Positions 43,428-53,723 of a stretch of 64,000 nucleotides of DNA are shown piece after piece. The DNA lies in assembly GCA_038205935.1 (NCBI GenBank), contig JBBRBK010000002.1, positions 1 through 64,000 on the forward strand, in the 5' to 3' direction. How positions within the stretch are numbered: the first letter of the stretch is position 1; each line of letters begins with the position of its first letter. Made by a program: the position numbers and the translations under genes. Under the pieces are notes generated by a model that had not been told where the DNA came from, made no database searches, and saw nothing but the letters and a program-made list of their open reading frames with translations. This DNA is from Campylobacterales bacterium (GTDB taxonomy: Bacteria > Campylobacterota > Campylobacteria > Campylobacterales > Sulfurimonadaceae).

Positions 43428-44139
43428 TTTATGTTCCATACAATTTCAAACAACTCAGAATTATGAAGAGAATCTCCAAACACTTTTAAAACTTATAAAT
43501 GAAACTCCTGATCATTCACTTATCGTTGCACCGGAAGTATGTTTGAGCGGATTTGATTATGATAATTTCGACAAAGTTATAGCGTTTAGCTCTTATGCGA
43601 TAGCTGAGATAAAGAAAGTTTCAAAACATCGAATAATAGTTTTAACCATTATAGAAAGAAGAGAAGATAAGATCTACAATATGGCAAAAATCTTTCATAA
43701 TGGTGAGATAGTTTATGAAAGAGGAAAGTCTCGACTTTTTCGTTTTGGCGGCGAACAAAACTACTTTTTTGAAGATGCTGACGAGAAAGTTGAAATAGTA
43801 GAAGTAGATGGATTAAAACTTGGTGTTTTGATCTGTTTTGAACTTCGTTTTAAAGTGTTATGGCAGAAGTTAGAGGGTGCAGATATCATTGCAATCCCTT
43901 CGTGGTGGGGAGTTTTAAGAACTGAACACTTTAAAGTGCTAACACAAAGTTTGGCAATTATGAATCAGTGTTATGTTGTTGCAAGCGACAGTACTAACGA
44001 CGAATGTACAAAACAAAGTGGAATCATTACACCTTTTGGTGTGGATGAGAGAAATGAGAACAAGGCTTGCTTACAAGTGGTATATGATAAAAAAGAGGTG
44101 CAGACTATGCGCCGGTATTTGGATGTAGGTATTGGATAA
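43414..44139 (+). CDS. Carbon-nitrogen hydrolase (nitrilase superfamily)
   Basis: E-K-C triad context 'APEVC', 'KSRLF', 'ICFELRF'. Confidence 0.88.
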   Translation: MKNYSLCSIQFQTTQNYEENLQTLLKLINETPDHSLIVAPEVCLSGFDYDNFDKVIAFSSYAIAEIKKVSKHRIIVLTIIERREDKIYNMAKIFHNGEIVYERGKSRLFRFGGEQNYFFEDADEKVEIVEVDGLKLGVLICFELRFKVLWQKLEGADIIAIPSWWGVLRTEHFKVLTQSLAIMNQCYVVASDSTNDECTKQSGIITPFGVDERNENKACLQVVYDKKEVQTMRRYLDVGIG

Positions 44140-44773
44140 AATAACAGCGATGAAAACAGCGCGTTTGGCGCAGGAGATAGAGAAAAGATTTCCCATCTCA
44201 AAAGAGGTATCAGCGGCTATTGCCAAAACAAATCGTGAAGCTTTTGTACCTAAAGGGTTTACCCACAATGCTTATAAGCTAGATGCGCTTCCAATGGGTT
44301 CGTACCAGTGGATAAGTTCCCCTTTGACAGTTGCAAAGATGAGTGAGTATCTAATGTCTCATGGAGCGGACAGAGTTTTGGAAGTAGGATGTGGAAGCGG
44401 TTATCAAGCTGCGGTTCTTTCACATCTTTTTCGTGGTGTATTTACGATTGAGCGTATAGAATCTTTAATGCTTGAAGCAAAAGAGCGTTTTAAAACACTT
44501 GGTATTCACAATGTTCATACAAGAGTCGATGATGGACAAAATGGCTGGGAGCGTTATGCACCCTTTGAGCGAATACTTTTTTCAGCGACTGCTAAAGAAG
44601 TTCCAAAAAAACTTTTTGATCAGTTATGTGATGGTGGTATTTTAGTTGCACCAATCCAAAAAGGGAACAAGCAAGTAATTATGAGATATACAAAAAAAAG
44701 ATTTTCTATCAAAGAGGAAGAACTCGAAGATTGTGAGTTCGTTCCTATCTTAGATGGGATACAAAAGTTCTAA
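44132..44773 (+). CDS. pcm: Protein-L-isoaspartate O-methyltransferase
   Basis: 'QWISSP', 'VLEVGCGSGYQAA', 'GGILVAP', 'FVPI'. Confidence 0.93.
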   Translation: MDKITAMKTARLAQEIEKRFPISKEVSAAIAKTNREAFVPKGFTHNAYKLDALPMGSYQWISSPLTVAKMSEYLMSHGADRVLEVGCGSGYQAAVLSHLFRGVFTIERIESLMLEAKERFKTLGIHNVHTRVDDGQNGWERYAPFERILFSATAKEVPKKLFDQLCDGGILVAPIQKGNKQVIMRYTKKRFSIKEEELEDCEFVPILDGIQKF

Positions 44774-45219
44774 ACGAGGCTGAGTTCTCCAAGGTAACTG
44801 TGAATAGTATTTCCTTTCGCGAGCCACTCTAAGATGCCACCTTTGAGGTTTTTCACATTGGTAAATCCAAGTTTTTGAAGCTGATAAGCTGCAAGTGCTC
44901 CGCGAGGACCTTTGAGGCAGTAAGTCACAATCTCCACATCTTGACCAAACTGTTTTGCAAGTTTATCTATCGCCATAAACTCCAGTTTTCCTCTTGGCAT
45001 AGTCACAACTGTGTGCGCATCAATGTACCCAGATGCAAACTCTTCAGGCTCTCTAACATCTACAAGGACAACAGCTTTTGCAATGTCATAAAGCTCTTCA
45101 ACTTCGATCGTCTTAATTTGGCTGTTTGCCTCATCTATAAGTGCTTTGAGGTGCTCTGAGAGAAATGCTTCGTCACATCGTTTTGCATACTCTTCTAGCT
45201 TCGTATTGAGATTTCTCAT
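44770..45219 (-). CDS. Rhodanese-like domain protein
   Basis: 'LVDVREPEEF', 'YCLKGPR', 'LKGGILEW'. Confidence 0.88.
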   Translation of the reverse strand: MRNLNTKLEEYAKRCDEAFLSEHLKALIDEANSQIKTIEVEELYDIAKAVVLVDVREPEEFASGYIDAHTVVTMPRGKLEFMAIDKLAKQFGQDVEIVTYCLKGPRGALAAYQLQKLGFTNVKNLKGGILEWLAKGNTIHSYLGELSLV

Positions 45220-45337
45220 GCCGGTTCCTTTGTATGTTGTTTTAAAAAGATTAGCATACTCGAGATATATCGAAGGTTAATTTTTGTAGGTTTGTTTGGA
45301 TATAATAAAAAAAATAATAAGGTAAGGAATCTTTAGC

Positions 45338-46177
45338 ATGTATGGAATTGATTATTCTAAGCCAGAAGTAGTTCTTTTACAAGATACGGGTATCGGTGTT
45401 GCAGAAGCGGCGGCTAGAACTTGTTATGATTCATTTGAAAACAGTGAAAATGAGGTTATAAAGTCTTTAGAAAATACACTTCCTGATGAAACGATGTGTT
45501 CTAAGCTTAATGCTATCGAGGACTCCGCTTTACTTGATGATCTCGCTTGGACCTACTTTCACCACTCCATTTTAGAACATGCAAACTTGAGCTATCTTGT
45601 TCGCGGAACAAGTCGTGGTGTTCTTCAAGAGCATGCCCGTCATCGCATTCAGGCTATTAGTGTTCGAAGTACAAGATATACGATGAGTTCTGTTATCAAC
45701 GCTTTTGTTGCTTCACTTCAAGATAGTAATCCAAAAGAGTTTTTTACAAGGAAAGTTTTGGGCTTTCATATGCTTGTCACAACAAATGAAGCATACAATC
45801 GTCTTGAAATCGCTGGGATATTTGACAAGCTTTCTTATCAGAAACAAGCTGTAGAAGATTTTTATGAACTTGCCGTAGCAAAAAGTTCTTTACCTCTTTT
45901 GGAGATACATAAAGGCGACGCAGAAGCTCTTTTTACAACTCTGCAAGCTGGAAAAAAGAAACGAAATGTTGGAGATGCTTTTAAGCACATCGTCACAGAT
46001 AACTTCAAAGTAGATATGGTTGTGACCTTTAATCTCAGGAGTCTCAAAAACTATTTCACGCTTCGTGAGAGTGGCGCGGCTTATTTTCAAATACGCTGGT
46101 TGGCTCAAGAGATGATGAAAGTAACTCCAAAAAAATATCTAGATCTTATAATTAAAAAAGGAAAAGAAAATGCGTAA
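45338..46177 (+). CDS. thyX: FAD-dependent thymidylate synthase
   Basis: 'HHSILEH', 'QEHARHRIQAISVRSTRY', 'NLRSL'. Confidence 0.93.
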   Translation: MYGIDYSKPEVVLLQDTGIGVAEAAARTCYDSFENSENEVIKSLENTLPDETMCSKLNAIEDSALLDDLAWTYFHHSILEHANLSYLVRGTSRGVLQEHARHRIQAISVRSTRYTMSSVINAFVASLQDSNPKEFFTRKVLGFHMLVTTNEAYNRLEIAGIFDKLSYQKQAVEDFYELAVAKSSLPLLEIHKGDAEALFTTLQAGKKKRNVGDAFKHIVTDNFKVDMVVTFNLRSLKNYFTLRESGAAYFQIRWLAQEMMKVTPKKYLDLIIKKGKENA

Positions 46178-46394
46178 ACTCTTACATGTAAGTCTCTTTA
46201 TTCTACCGTTTGCAATTAGTGGATGTTCTTTCACAGTCAATGCTGCAATGTGTGATCAGATACGAACAGATCCAAATGCGGTAATTCCTCAAGAGTGTCG
46301 AAACTATGATGAAAAAGAGGCAGAAAAAGCTTCTGTGATTAATCATGAGATCAACGGTAGCGATATCATCAAGTTTTCTCCAAAAGAGAAATAA
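46170..46394 (+). CDS. Small putative lipoprotein
   Basis: Lipobox 'ISGC'; overlaps both neighbours, consistent with translational coupling. Confidence 0.65.
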   Translation: MRKLLHVSLFILPFAISGCSFTVNAAMCDQIRTDPNAVIPQECRNYDEKEAEKASVINHEINGSDIIKFSPKEK

Positions 46395-47491
46395 TGCAAC
46401 CTTATGAGCGTTTTTTTAGAGTGGAAGATGATTTCCGCTCCGCTTATTCAAGAGATCGCGATCGCATTATCCACTCGGGAAGTTTTCGAAAGCTTGAGTA
46501 TAAAACTCAGGTTTTTTTAAACCACGAGGGAGATTTTTTTCGTACGCGTCTCACACACTCCATAGAAGTTTCTCAGATAGCTCGCTCTATTTCAAATAAT
46601 CTTGGACTCCAAGAACCTCTCGCAGAAGCGATCGCTCTCGCTCACGATCTTGGTCATACTCCTTTTGGACACATCGGCGGAGATACGCTTGATGAGTGTT
46701 TGAAAAAAGATGGCTTTCATAATGGTTTTGAGCATAATTTTCAGAGTTTTCGTGTTGTGAGTTCTTTGGAAAAACGCTATAAAGCGTTTGATGGCTTGAA
46801 TCTTACTTTTGCAACTTTAGAGGGAATCCTCAAACACTCTTATCCATACAAGAAAAATTTTCTTCCGCCAATCATCGATGAACATTTTCATCTCTCTACT
46901 CATCCGTCCATTGAAGCGATGGTAGTTGATCGTGCCGATGAGATCGCTTACATTAGTCATGATATTGATGATGGGATTAACTCTGGACTTATTACTTTTG
47001 ATGACCTAAAAGAGAGTGAACTTGTTTCTTTAATACTTCAAAAAGTACATGATGAGGGAATAGACGAAGAAAATGATGAGATGTTTCGCTACCGTTTTAG
47101 TTCACATCTTATCAATCATCTTGTTTATTCACTTTTAGAATATTCAAAACATAAAGTCATTGATAGCGGTGTGCTTAGCGGTGTCATTGACGCTAAACAG
47201 GAAATTCCAATTGGATTGGATAGTGAGCTTGAAACCCAAGTAAAAAAACTGAAAAAACTGCTTTTTGTCAAACTCTACCAAAGTAAAGAGATTACACGAA
47301 AGATGTTTGCGGGAAAACAGGCTATTAAAGGGTTATACAGCGCTTTAATGGAAGATGAGAAAATATTACCGACATATTATAGAGAACTCTTGTATGGTAG
47401 AGCAAAACACAGAGTCGTAGCGGACTATATGGCTTCAATGAGTGATAGATATGCGATGAAGCTTTATAATGAGTTGTATGGAAGGATATAG
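46394..47491 (+). CDS. dgt: dGTP triphosphohydrolase-like HD protein
   Basis: 'RDRDRIIHS', 'KTQVF', 'RTRLTHS', 'HDLGHTPFGH'. Confidence 0.92.
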   Translation: MQPYERFFRVEDDFRSAYSRDRDRIIHSGSFRKLEYKTQVFLNHEGDFFRTRLTHSIEVSQIARSISNNLGLQEPLAEAIALAHDLGHTPFGHIGGDTLDECLKKDGFHNGFEHNFQSFRVVSSLEKRYKAFDGLNLTFATLEGILKHSYPYKKNFLPPIIDEHFHLSTHPSIEAMVVDRADEIAYISHDIDDGINSGLITFDDLKESELVSLILQKVHDEGIDEENDEMFRYRFSSHLINHLVYSLLEYSKHKVIDSGVLSGVIDAKQEIPIGLDSELETQVKKLKKLLFVKLYQSKEITRKMFAGKQAIKGLYSALMEDEKILPTYYRELLYGRAKHRVVADYMASMSDRYAMKLYNELYGRI

Positions 47492-47513
47492 GCCAAAAAG
47501 CCTATATAAAAGA

Positions 47514-49718
47514 TTATTGTTTTAGACCTATAAGAGTCTGAAGAAGTTGATCCGAAGTTGTAATAGTTTTAGAGTTTGCCTGATATCCTCTTTGGATAAC
47601 GATGAGCTCTGTGAGTGAGCGTGAAAGATCGACGTTTGATGACTCAAGTGCCGAACTTTGGATAAATCCGCGTCCGCCAGTTGCAGCAGTTCCATAGATC
47701 GGATCTCCCGAGTTTGCTGATTGTGTATAAAGATTTCCACCCTCAACAGAAAGACCGCCGTTATTTGCAAATTTTGCCATTGCAATTTGTGCAAGACCAA
47801 AACTTCTACCATTTGTAAACGACCCAACTAGAGTACCACTTTGATCAATACGAATCCCTACTAAATCTCCACCAGTAAAACCATCTTGACTAATACCCGA
47901 TGTTGCAGATTTGCTATCAAAACTTGTTAGTCCATCAAATGCGCCTGTTGTGCCTAAAGAAAGGTTGACTGGTTGATTTGGTTTTGAACCGTTGTTTGCT
48001 GAAAATGTTAGATTTGTTATGGTATTCCCTGCATTTTTGAGTGAACCATCCGGATTAAACTCTACAGTTCCAAGCACGATATTTGATGGTTGACCTAGAG
48101 TTCCTGCCGGAGATGGATTGAGCGTGCTCGGTGGTGGAACTGTAACGCTCACATCCCAAGTACTTCCTTTTGTAGGATCAAAAGAAGATTTTGTAAAATC
48201 TACTTTTACTGTGTGTTTTGAACCAAGTGAATCATAAATATCGATACTCGCAGAGTGTGTCGGCACACTAAAGGCTTGCGATGAACGTGTTGTTGCGCTT
48301 CCCGCGGGAAGAGAACCGCTTAATGCGCCGATCATAGTATCAAAATTTGTATTGGCAATGGTTGTGGCACTTGTAAAAGGAGTCACTGTGATGTTCATAT
48401 TTATATTAGTTACTGCGTCAGGATTTGATACTTGAAACTTTCCAGTTGAGTCAACCGTTACCTTCGCATTTGGATTGTCTACAGCACCTAACATATCAGT
48501 ATTTTGTGCAAGGTTTTGCAATCCGTTACGAAGATCCTCACTATTAGTAAAATAGTATACACTATTAGTAGGTAAGTTCCATCCGACTTGATTTACACTT
48601 CCATCCGTATATATAAACTGTTTGGAAGGCGAATCATTAGCGGTAATCAAACCAGATTTTGCTCCTGTTGCACCGACTACTAGATCTATGTTTGTGTGCG
48701 TTCCAGAATTATCATTTGAAAGAGTGATCTTACCAGTTGCATCAACTGATGCAGTGACACCCGTTGAGGTTTGTATAGCATTGATTGCAGCAGCGATTGT
48801 GTTACCATCTGTCACAGGATTACCTGTTAATGGACCAACATTTGCTATTGGTATGGTATTTATTTTAATATCAGTACCAGTAATTGTGTCAGTTGCAACG
48901 GCAGTAGGAAAGGTAGAAGCCGGAACTTGAGCACTCCTAAATCCAATGTTTTCACCTTGACCATTTTGCAAAAGAATAGCTTGACCACTTCCGTTGACCA
49001 TAACATTCATATTTTGCGCGTGTTCTATTCTTGTCCCATTTTTATCTTGTAAAATCAAATTTGATGTTTCATTGTTGGCTTCACCGGCATCAAGTACCCC
49101 ATTGCCATTTAAATCGACTGCTCCATGAACTGAATCAAGTGCGCTGATAGCTCCAAAAGTGTTGACGATAGCTCCAGAATCAAGATTCGCTTTGAGAACA
49201 ACTTCCGTACTAGCTTGTGCCGGAGTTGTTAGTCCCGATGGAATGCTAATTGGTGTGATTGGAGCTGTGGAATCGACTTTTCCAGTCACTGGATCACGGA
49301 GCCAGCCTTGAACTACATATCCGTTATTGTCTACAAAGTTTCCTGATGCATCAAAACTAAAATCTCCGTTACGGGTGAATGAGTTTGTTTTTCCAGCGTC
49401 ACTACTGACAACAAAAAAACCATCACCCTGAATGGCACAGTCGGTATTTTTGTCAGTATTTTGCACAGAACCTTGAGAGTCGATGCGAGTCATAGAACTG
49501 ATCGTTGTTCCAAGACCGACTCCAGTAGAGTTTTTACCACCAAGGTCGCCTTGTGGAGCCGTTGCAATTTGATTTACTTGTGAAAGTAGGTTTGAAAAGT
49601 TTGCACGAGAATATTTAAAACCCACAGTGTTAACGTTAGCGATATTGTTTGATTCAACATCCATCGCGATTTGATGCGCCTGAAGACCAGAAACGCCAGA
49701 AGACAGAGACTTTAACAT
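47514..49718 (-). CDS. flgE: Flagellar hook protein FlgE (long form, 734 aa)
   Basis: 'SNNIANVNTVGFK', 'LESSNVDLSRSLTELIVIQRGYQAN'. Confidence 0.93.
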   Translation of the reverse strand: MLKSLSSGVSGLQAHQIAMDVESNNIANVNTVGFKYSRANFSNLLSQVNQIATAPQGDLGGKNSTGVGLGTTISSMTRIDSQGSVQNTDKNTDCAIQGDGFFVVSSDAGKTNSFTRNGDFSFDASGNFVDNNGYVVQGWLRDPVTGKVDSTAPITPISIPSGLTTPAQASTEVVLKANLDSGAIVNTFGAISALDSVHGAVDLNGNGVLDAGEANNETSNLILQDKNGTRIEHAQNMNVMVNGSGQAILLQNGQGENIGFRSAQVPASTFPTAVATDTITGTDIKINTIPIANVGPLTGNPVTDGNTIAAAINAIQTSTGVTASVDATGKITLSNDNSGTHTNIDLVVGATGAKSGLITANDSPSKQFIYTDGSVNQVGWNLPTNSVYYFTNSEDLRNGLQNLAQNTDMLGAVDNPNAKVTVDSTGKFQVSNPDAVTNINMNITVTPFTSATTIANTNFDTMIGALSGSLPAGSATTRSSQAFSVPTHSASIDIYDSLGSKHTVKVDFTKSSFDPTKGSTWDVSVTVPPPSTLNPSPAGTLGQPSNIVLGTVEFNPDGSLKNAGNTITNLTFSANNGSKPNQPVNLSLGTTGAFDGLTSFDSKSATSGISQDGFTGGDLVGIRIDQSGTLVGSFTNGRSFGLAQIAMAKFANNGGLSVEGGNLYTQSANSGDPIYGTAATGGRGFIQSSALESSNVDLSRSLTELIVIQRGYQANSKTITTSDQLLQTLIGLKQ

Positions 49719-49754
49719 TTTAAATCCTTTTCTGCTATATAAGTAAAGATGATA

Positions 49755-49770
49755 AGCAATTTATATTCCA
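49755..49770 (-). promoter_or_regulatory. Sigma54 (-24/-12) promoter of long flgE
   Basis: TGGAATATAAATTGCT (GG-N10-GC). Confidence 0.8.
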
Positions 49771-49772
49771 TA

Positions 49773-51038
49773 TTATTTATGCATCTGTAAAGCTTTTTGT
49801 ATCATCTGGTCACCCGTTGTGATAAGCTTTGCTGCAGCGTCATAGGCACGCTGATAGATTATGAGGTCTGTAAGCCCTGCTGTAGGGTCTACGTTTGAGC
49901 TCTCTAAAGTATTGGTCATAACCGTTGAACCGTTGATATTGTTACCATTGGCATCTTGGTAAAAAAGTGGCTTTCCACTGTTTGCACTTTGTAAAAAATT
50001 TGTTCCGTTGATATTATTTAAACCTTGATCGTTTACAAAATGAAAGACACCTATTTTTGCCATGGAAACTTGTTTACCATTTGTAAAGGTAGCCATAACT
50101 TCAGCATTTTCATTGATCTTGTATCCCATAAGATCCCCTCGAGGGAGTCCGTTGGCCTGAGAGGAAGATGTTACTGCTGAAGCATTTGATGTGATACCCG
50201 CGTAACCGGTTCCTAGGTTAAGAGCGACAGTTGTTCCATTATTATTTATAGAACCAAGAGTTGAGCTCAGTAGCGCTCCAGTTGAATCGAAAAGCATAGT
50301 TCCTGTTGTTGTATCATATACAGTTGGTGTGCCATTTAATGGAGCAGGCGAACTTACTTTTGCAGTCACATCCCATGAGAGGCCCGTTGCAGGTTGAGGT
50401 ACTGTTTTAGTAAAAGTAAGAGCAAGGGCATTTTTATTGCCCTGCGCATCAACCATCGTTGCACCCATAGTTTGTACGGTACTGTCTTGTCCTAGATTGC
50501 CGGTAAAGGAGACAAAAGTTGTTGGTTCTGCAGGATAGGTCAAAGTCTCAGGAAGTTTGATGCTGGTTTGAGAGCCCGCCGCACCAAGATTTGTTGTGGT
50601 CTGTTTGGAAGTTAAAACATTGTTAGCATCAAAATTACTTGCGAGTGTCCCAAGTACATAGTACCCATCTGCATTGACAAGATCTCTCGTGGCATCAAAA
50701 TTGAATATACCATTTCTTGTATACATCGTCTGTCCTTGACCCTGTATACCAAACCAGCCTTCTCCGTTTATGGCAAGATCAGTTCCGCTGTCAGTATTAT
50801 TGATAGAACCTTCTTTGAGTATAGTTGGAGTAGCTTGAAGGCCCACGCCTACGCCAATAGTCGAATTAACGGGCCCTTTTGAACTAGATGAGACAGCATT
50901 TTCAAAGAGAGACTGAAACTCAATTCCGTTTCCCTTAAATCCTACCGCATCTGCATTTGAAAGATTATTTGCAGTGACATCAATGCCGGATTGTTGGGCC
51001 ATAAGAGCACTGATTCCTGTGTAATATCCCTGTGTCAT
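49773..51038 (-). CDS. Second hook/basal-body protein (short FlgE paralogue, 421 aa)
   Basis: 'ANNLSNADAVGFK', 'YTRNGIF', 'LESSNVD...QRAYDA'. Confidence 0.85.
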   Translation of the reverse strand: MTQGYYTGISALMAQQSGIDVTANNLSNADAVGFKGNGIEFQSLFENAVSSSSKGPVNSTIGVGVGLQATPTILKEGSINNTDSGTDLAINGEGWFGIQGQGQTMYTRNGIFNFDATRDLVNADGYYVLGTLASNFDANNVLTSKQTTTNLGAAGSQTSIKLPETLTYPAEPTTFVSFTGNLGQDSTVQTMGATMVDAQGNKNALALTFTKTVPQPATGLSWDVTAKVSSPAPLNGTPTVYDTTTGTMLFDSTGALLSSTLGSINNNGTTVALNLGTGYAGITSNASAVTSSSQANGLPRGDLMGYKINENAEVMATFTNGKQVSMAKIGVFHFVNDQGLNNINGTNFLQSANSGKPLFYQDANGNNINGSTVMTNTLESSNVDPTAGLTDLIIYQRAYDAAAKLITTGDQMIQKALQMHK

Positions 51039-51046
51039 GTGTGTTC

Positions 51047-51730
51047 CTAATAAATTGTCTGAACGCTTGAAAGCGGAACGTAGTTAGGACCAACGCCTAA
51101 AAGTGTGTTAGTACCGTCAAATTTTACAGAGTCGATAGGATAAACGCCGACCTTCGTCGCTTTTTGTACACCGTTTGGATCTGTGTATGCCACACCAACA
51201 TGATATGCACCAGCATCTGCAACTTTTCCAGTAGAATCTTTTCCATCCCATGAAAAGGAATATGTACCTTTTGTATTGGCAGCAATATCGATTGTAGCAA
51301 CTTTATTTCCGTTAGTATCTGTAACAGTTGCCGTTCCACTTGCTACATCGGATGGGAAATAGATAGGAAAAGTCACAGCCTGCCCATCCGCTTTTGTTGT
51401 GACCGTATCATCGCCAAGATCAGCTATTTTACCGATTGCAGAGACGGTTGAGAGCTGTTGAGAACTTTGAAGTGATGCTGAGAGAGCAGCAAGGGATTTG
51501 TTAGTATTATCCGCAGATTCTAGAGTTGCTAGCTGAGATGTTTGTGATAAAATTTTGTCAGTATCCATTGGAGCTGTTGGATCTTGGTACTGCATTTCTG
51601 TGAGAAGTAGTTTTAAAAAATCATCTTTGCCTAAGGCACTAGAGGGATTATTTAGCGTAGAACTAGATGTTTTTATTGCCGCAGTTTGTACGGTAGATGC
51701 TGCTGCCGGTGTTGTGTTTGTTACTGACAT
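51047..51730 (-). CDS. flgD: Flagellar hook capping protein
   Basis: 'LGKDDFLKLLLTEMQYQDPTAPMD'. Confidence 0.95.
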   Translation of the reverse strand: MSVTNTTPAAASTVQTAAIKTSSSTLNNPSSALGKDDFLKLLLTEMQYQDPTAPMDTDKILSQTSQLATLESADNTNKSLAALSASLQSSQQLSTVSAIGKIADLGDDTVTTKADGQAVTFPIYFPSDVASGTATVTDTNGNKVATIDIAANTKGTYSFSWDGKDSTGKVADAGAYHVGVAYTDPNGVQKATKVGVYPIDSVKFDGTNTLLGVGPNYVPLSSVQTIY

Positions 51731-51740
51731 AATTTATCCT

Positions 51741-53606
51741 TTATACGTATCGTGGGATCACGATCTCTAAAGAGCTTAAAATCTCTTCACTTGTCTCATC
51801 CTGATTGAAAGCCTCGTATGCCTGTTTTGCACTTTCTTTTTGATGTCCATTTTGTTGCTGCTGTTGCTGACTTTGTGTGTCAGTTGAGCTATTAAAGTTT
51901 AATGAAGCATTATTCATTCCATTTTGAGTCAATTGAACTTTCAAATCTCCTGCATTTTGTGAGAGCATATTGATCGCCGCACTGTTAGATGAGATGCTAA
52001 CATGGACATTTTTACCACGCTGCACGACAGTAAGATCTACTTCTCCAAACTTCTGGGGATTGAGTTTGACTTTTATCCTCGTAAAAGGTGGCTTGTAATC
52101 TTCTATGGCTTGCTTGATGTCTTGCGCAAGATATTTTACGGCTTGTTTTGCTTCATTCATTTTCACGGTGAGATCAGCTTCTGTTTGCTTTACATGCACG
52201 CCGTTCCCTTGAGTCGCAGAGATCCCATGAGTTCCAACCTCAGACGCAGTTTGTTCTGTTGTTTGTGTTGTTTGTTGATTTTCTCCATGTAAGAGTTGGC
52301 TTAAAACTGTTGAATTGGCTTTGATCTTTGCATCTGTTTTGATTTCTGTTTTAACATCTTTTTTTGCTTCAGCTATCTGTGTTTGAGCAGGAAGAATTTT
52401 ATCTCCGTGAAGAAGCGCACTTAGTGGACTTTGCGGTTTTGTCGTGGATAATTCTTGAGATGGTTTGGACTGTTTTTTTCCTACTATCTCAGCTGTTGAA
52501 TGTGCAGAGACTGTTTCATCAGGTACACTAAAAAGAGGCATCTTTTTGAGGGATTCATCTTGTGTGAGTGCTTGCGCTAAAACCGTGTCTTGTTTTTGGA
52601 CTTGTTTTGGAGTCTCAACTTTTTCATTTTGAGGCTCGGTGCTCTTTACATGTAAGGCTTTATCGTCTTTTAGTGTGTCGGTTTTTGGTGTTTGAATTTT
52701 TTGTTCACTTTGCGCAGAAGTGACGGCCGGAGTATCACTCTTTACATGTTGTTTGATATTTTCTTTTGAAATTTCTGATTTACTATCATTTTGATTTTTC
52801 GTAACGATAGAGGATTCTGTTTTTGAAGAGGGCTCATTTTTTAAAGGGATATTTTTATCATCTTTGGCGAGTAGTTCTGTCTTTTGGGCTAGCTTAGGAT
52901 CATTTTTTGTGTCGATTTTCGATTTTGTTTCAAGGTCAGTTTTGGAAGTTTCTAATTTGCTATCATTTGGATTTTTTATAATAGCAGTAGCATCTGTCTT
53001 TTGGGCTAGCTTAGGATCATTTTTTGTGTCGATTTTCGATTTTGTTTCAAGGTCAGTTGTAGTACTGTTTTTTATCTCTTTTGGAATTTTTGTCTGCACG
53101 GTTTCAACTGTTATCTTGCTGACATCGATTCCAACCTTTTTTGCAAGAGCGACTAAACCCTGCGTAGTTTTTGGAAGCTCTTTGATTTCACCCTTTTTAA
53201 AGGCATCAGTCTCTTTTATCTGCTCAGCGAGATAGTTTTTTGCATCTTTCATTACAGATTTTAAAGTTTTTGTATCAAGAGCATTAGCCAATACTGGATT
53301 GATAGAGTGTACTTTTTGTTCATCACCTTTGAGTAATGTAAGAAGATCAGATTTGCTTGTAGGCTCTTTTATCCCTTTAGAATCTATAGGAGTTTTTGTG
53401 TCCTTAGCAGCTATTTTGACGCTCGGTAACCCTTTTTTATCATCAATATGCAAAGCTAAAACACCATTTTTTATGACAGGCGTATTACTTTTGGATGAGA
53501 GGGACTGTAAAAGAGCGGCAAAACTACCTGATTCAGATTTTGAAGATTTAGATTTAACTGCAAGTGACAATGGTGATGCAACATCTTTTGTTTGGACTGT
53601 TATCAT
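51741..53606 (-). CDS. fliK: Flagellar hook-length control protein
   Basis: C-terminal 'IKVKLNPQKFGEVDL' T3S4 domain, long low-complexity middle, directly upstream of flgD. Confidence 0.88.
   Translation of the reverse strand: MITVQTKDVASPLSLAVKSKSSKSESGSFAALLQSLSSKSNTPVIKNGVLALHIDDKKGLPSVKIAAKDTKTPIDSKGIKEPTSKSDLLTLLKGDEQKVHSINPVLANALDTKTLKSVMKDAKNYLAEQIKETDAFKKGEIKELPKTTQGLVALAKKVGIDVSKITVETVQTKIPKEIKNSTTTDLETKSKIDTKNDPKLAQKTDATAIIKNPNDSKLETSKTDLETKSKIDTKNDPKLAQKTELLAKDDKNIPLKNEPSSKTESSIVTKNQNDSKSEISKENIKQHVKSDTPAVTSAQSEQKIQTPKTDTLKDDKALHVKSTEPQNEKVETPKQVQKQDTVLAQALTQDESLKKMPLFSVPDETVSAHSTAEIVGKKQSKPSQELSTTKPQSPLSALLHGDKILPAQTQIAEAKKDVKTEIKTDAKIKANSTVLSQLLHGENQQTTQTTEQTASEVGTHGISATQGNGVHVKQTEADLTVKMNEAKQAVKYLAQDIKQAIEDYKPPFTRIKVKLNPQKFGEVDLTVVQRGKNVHVSISSNSAAINMLSQNAGDLKVQLTQNGMNNASLNFNSSTDTQSQQQQQQNGHQKESAKQAYEAFNQDETSEEILSSLEIVIPRYV
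52876..53058. repeat. Exact 66-bp direct repeat (117-bp period) inside fliK
   Basis: 52876-52941 is identical to 52993-53058; encodes TDLETKSKIDTKNDPKLAQKT twice. Confidence 0.9.
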
Positions 53607-53652
53607 AATCTACTCCAAAGTTCTCTACATGTAAGAGATTTTTTATAATGAA

Positions 53653-53668
53653 AGCAATTGTTATTCCA
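53653..53668 (-). promoter_or_regulatory. Sigma54 promoter of the fliK-flgD-flgE operon
   Basis: TGGAATAACAATTGCT (GG-N10-GC). Confidence 0.8.
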
Positions 53669-53723
53669 GAGATTATTTTTACTATGTAATCGAAGTGTAA
53701 TTAATTTTTTTTATACTTCTTCC

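Noticed and set aside
47486..47507. Hairpin ATATAGGC/GCCTATAT between convergent dgt and flgE
   Set aside because: No adjacent U-tract in either direction, so it cannot be called a terminator confidently.
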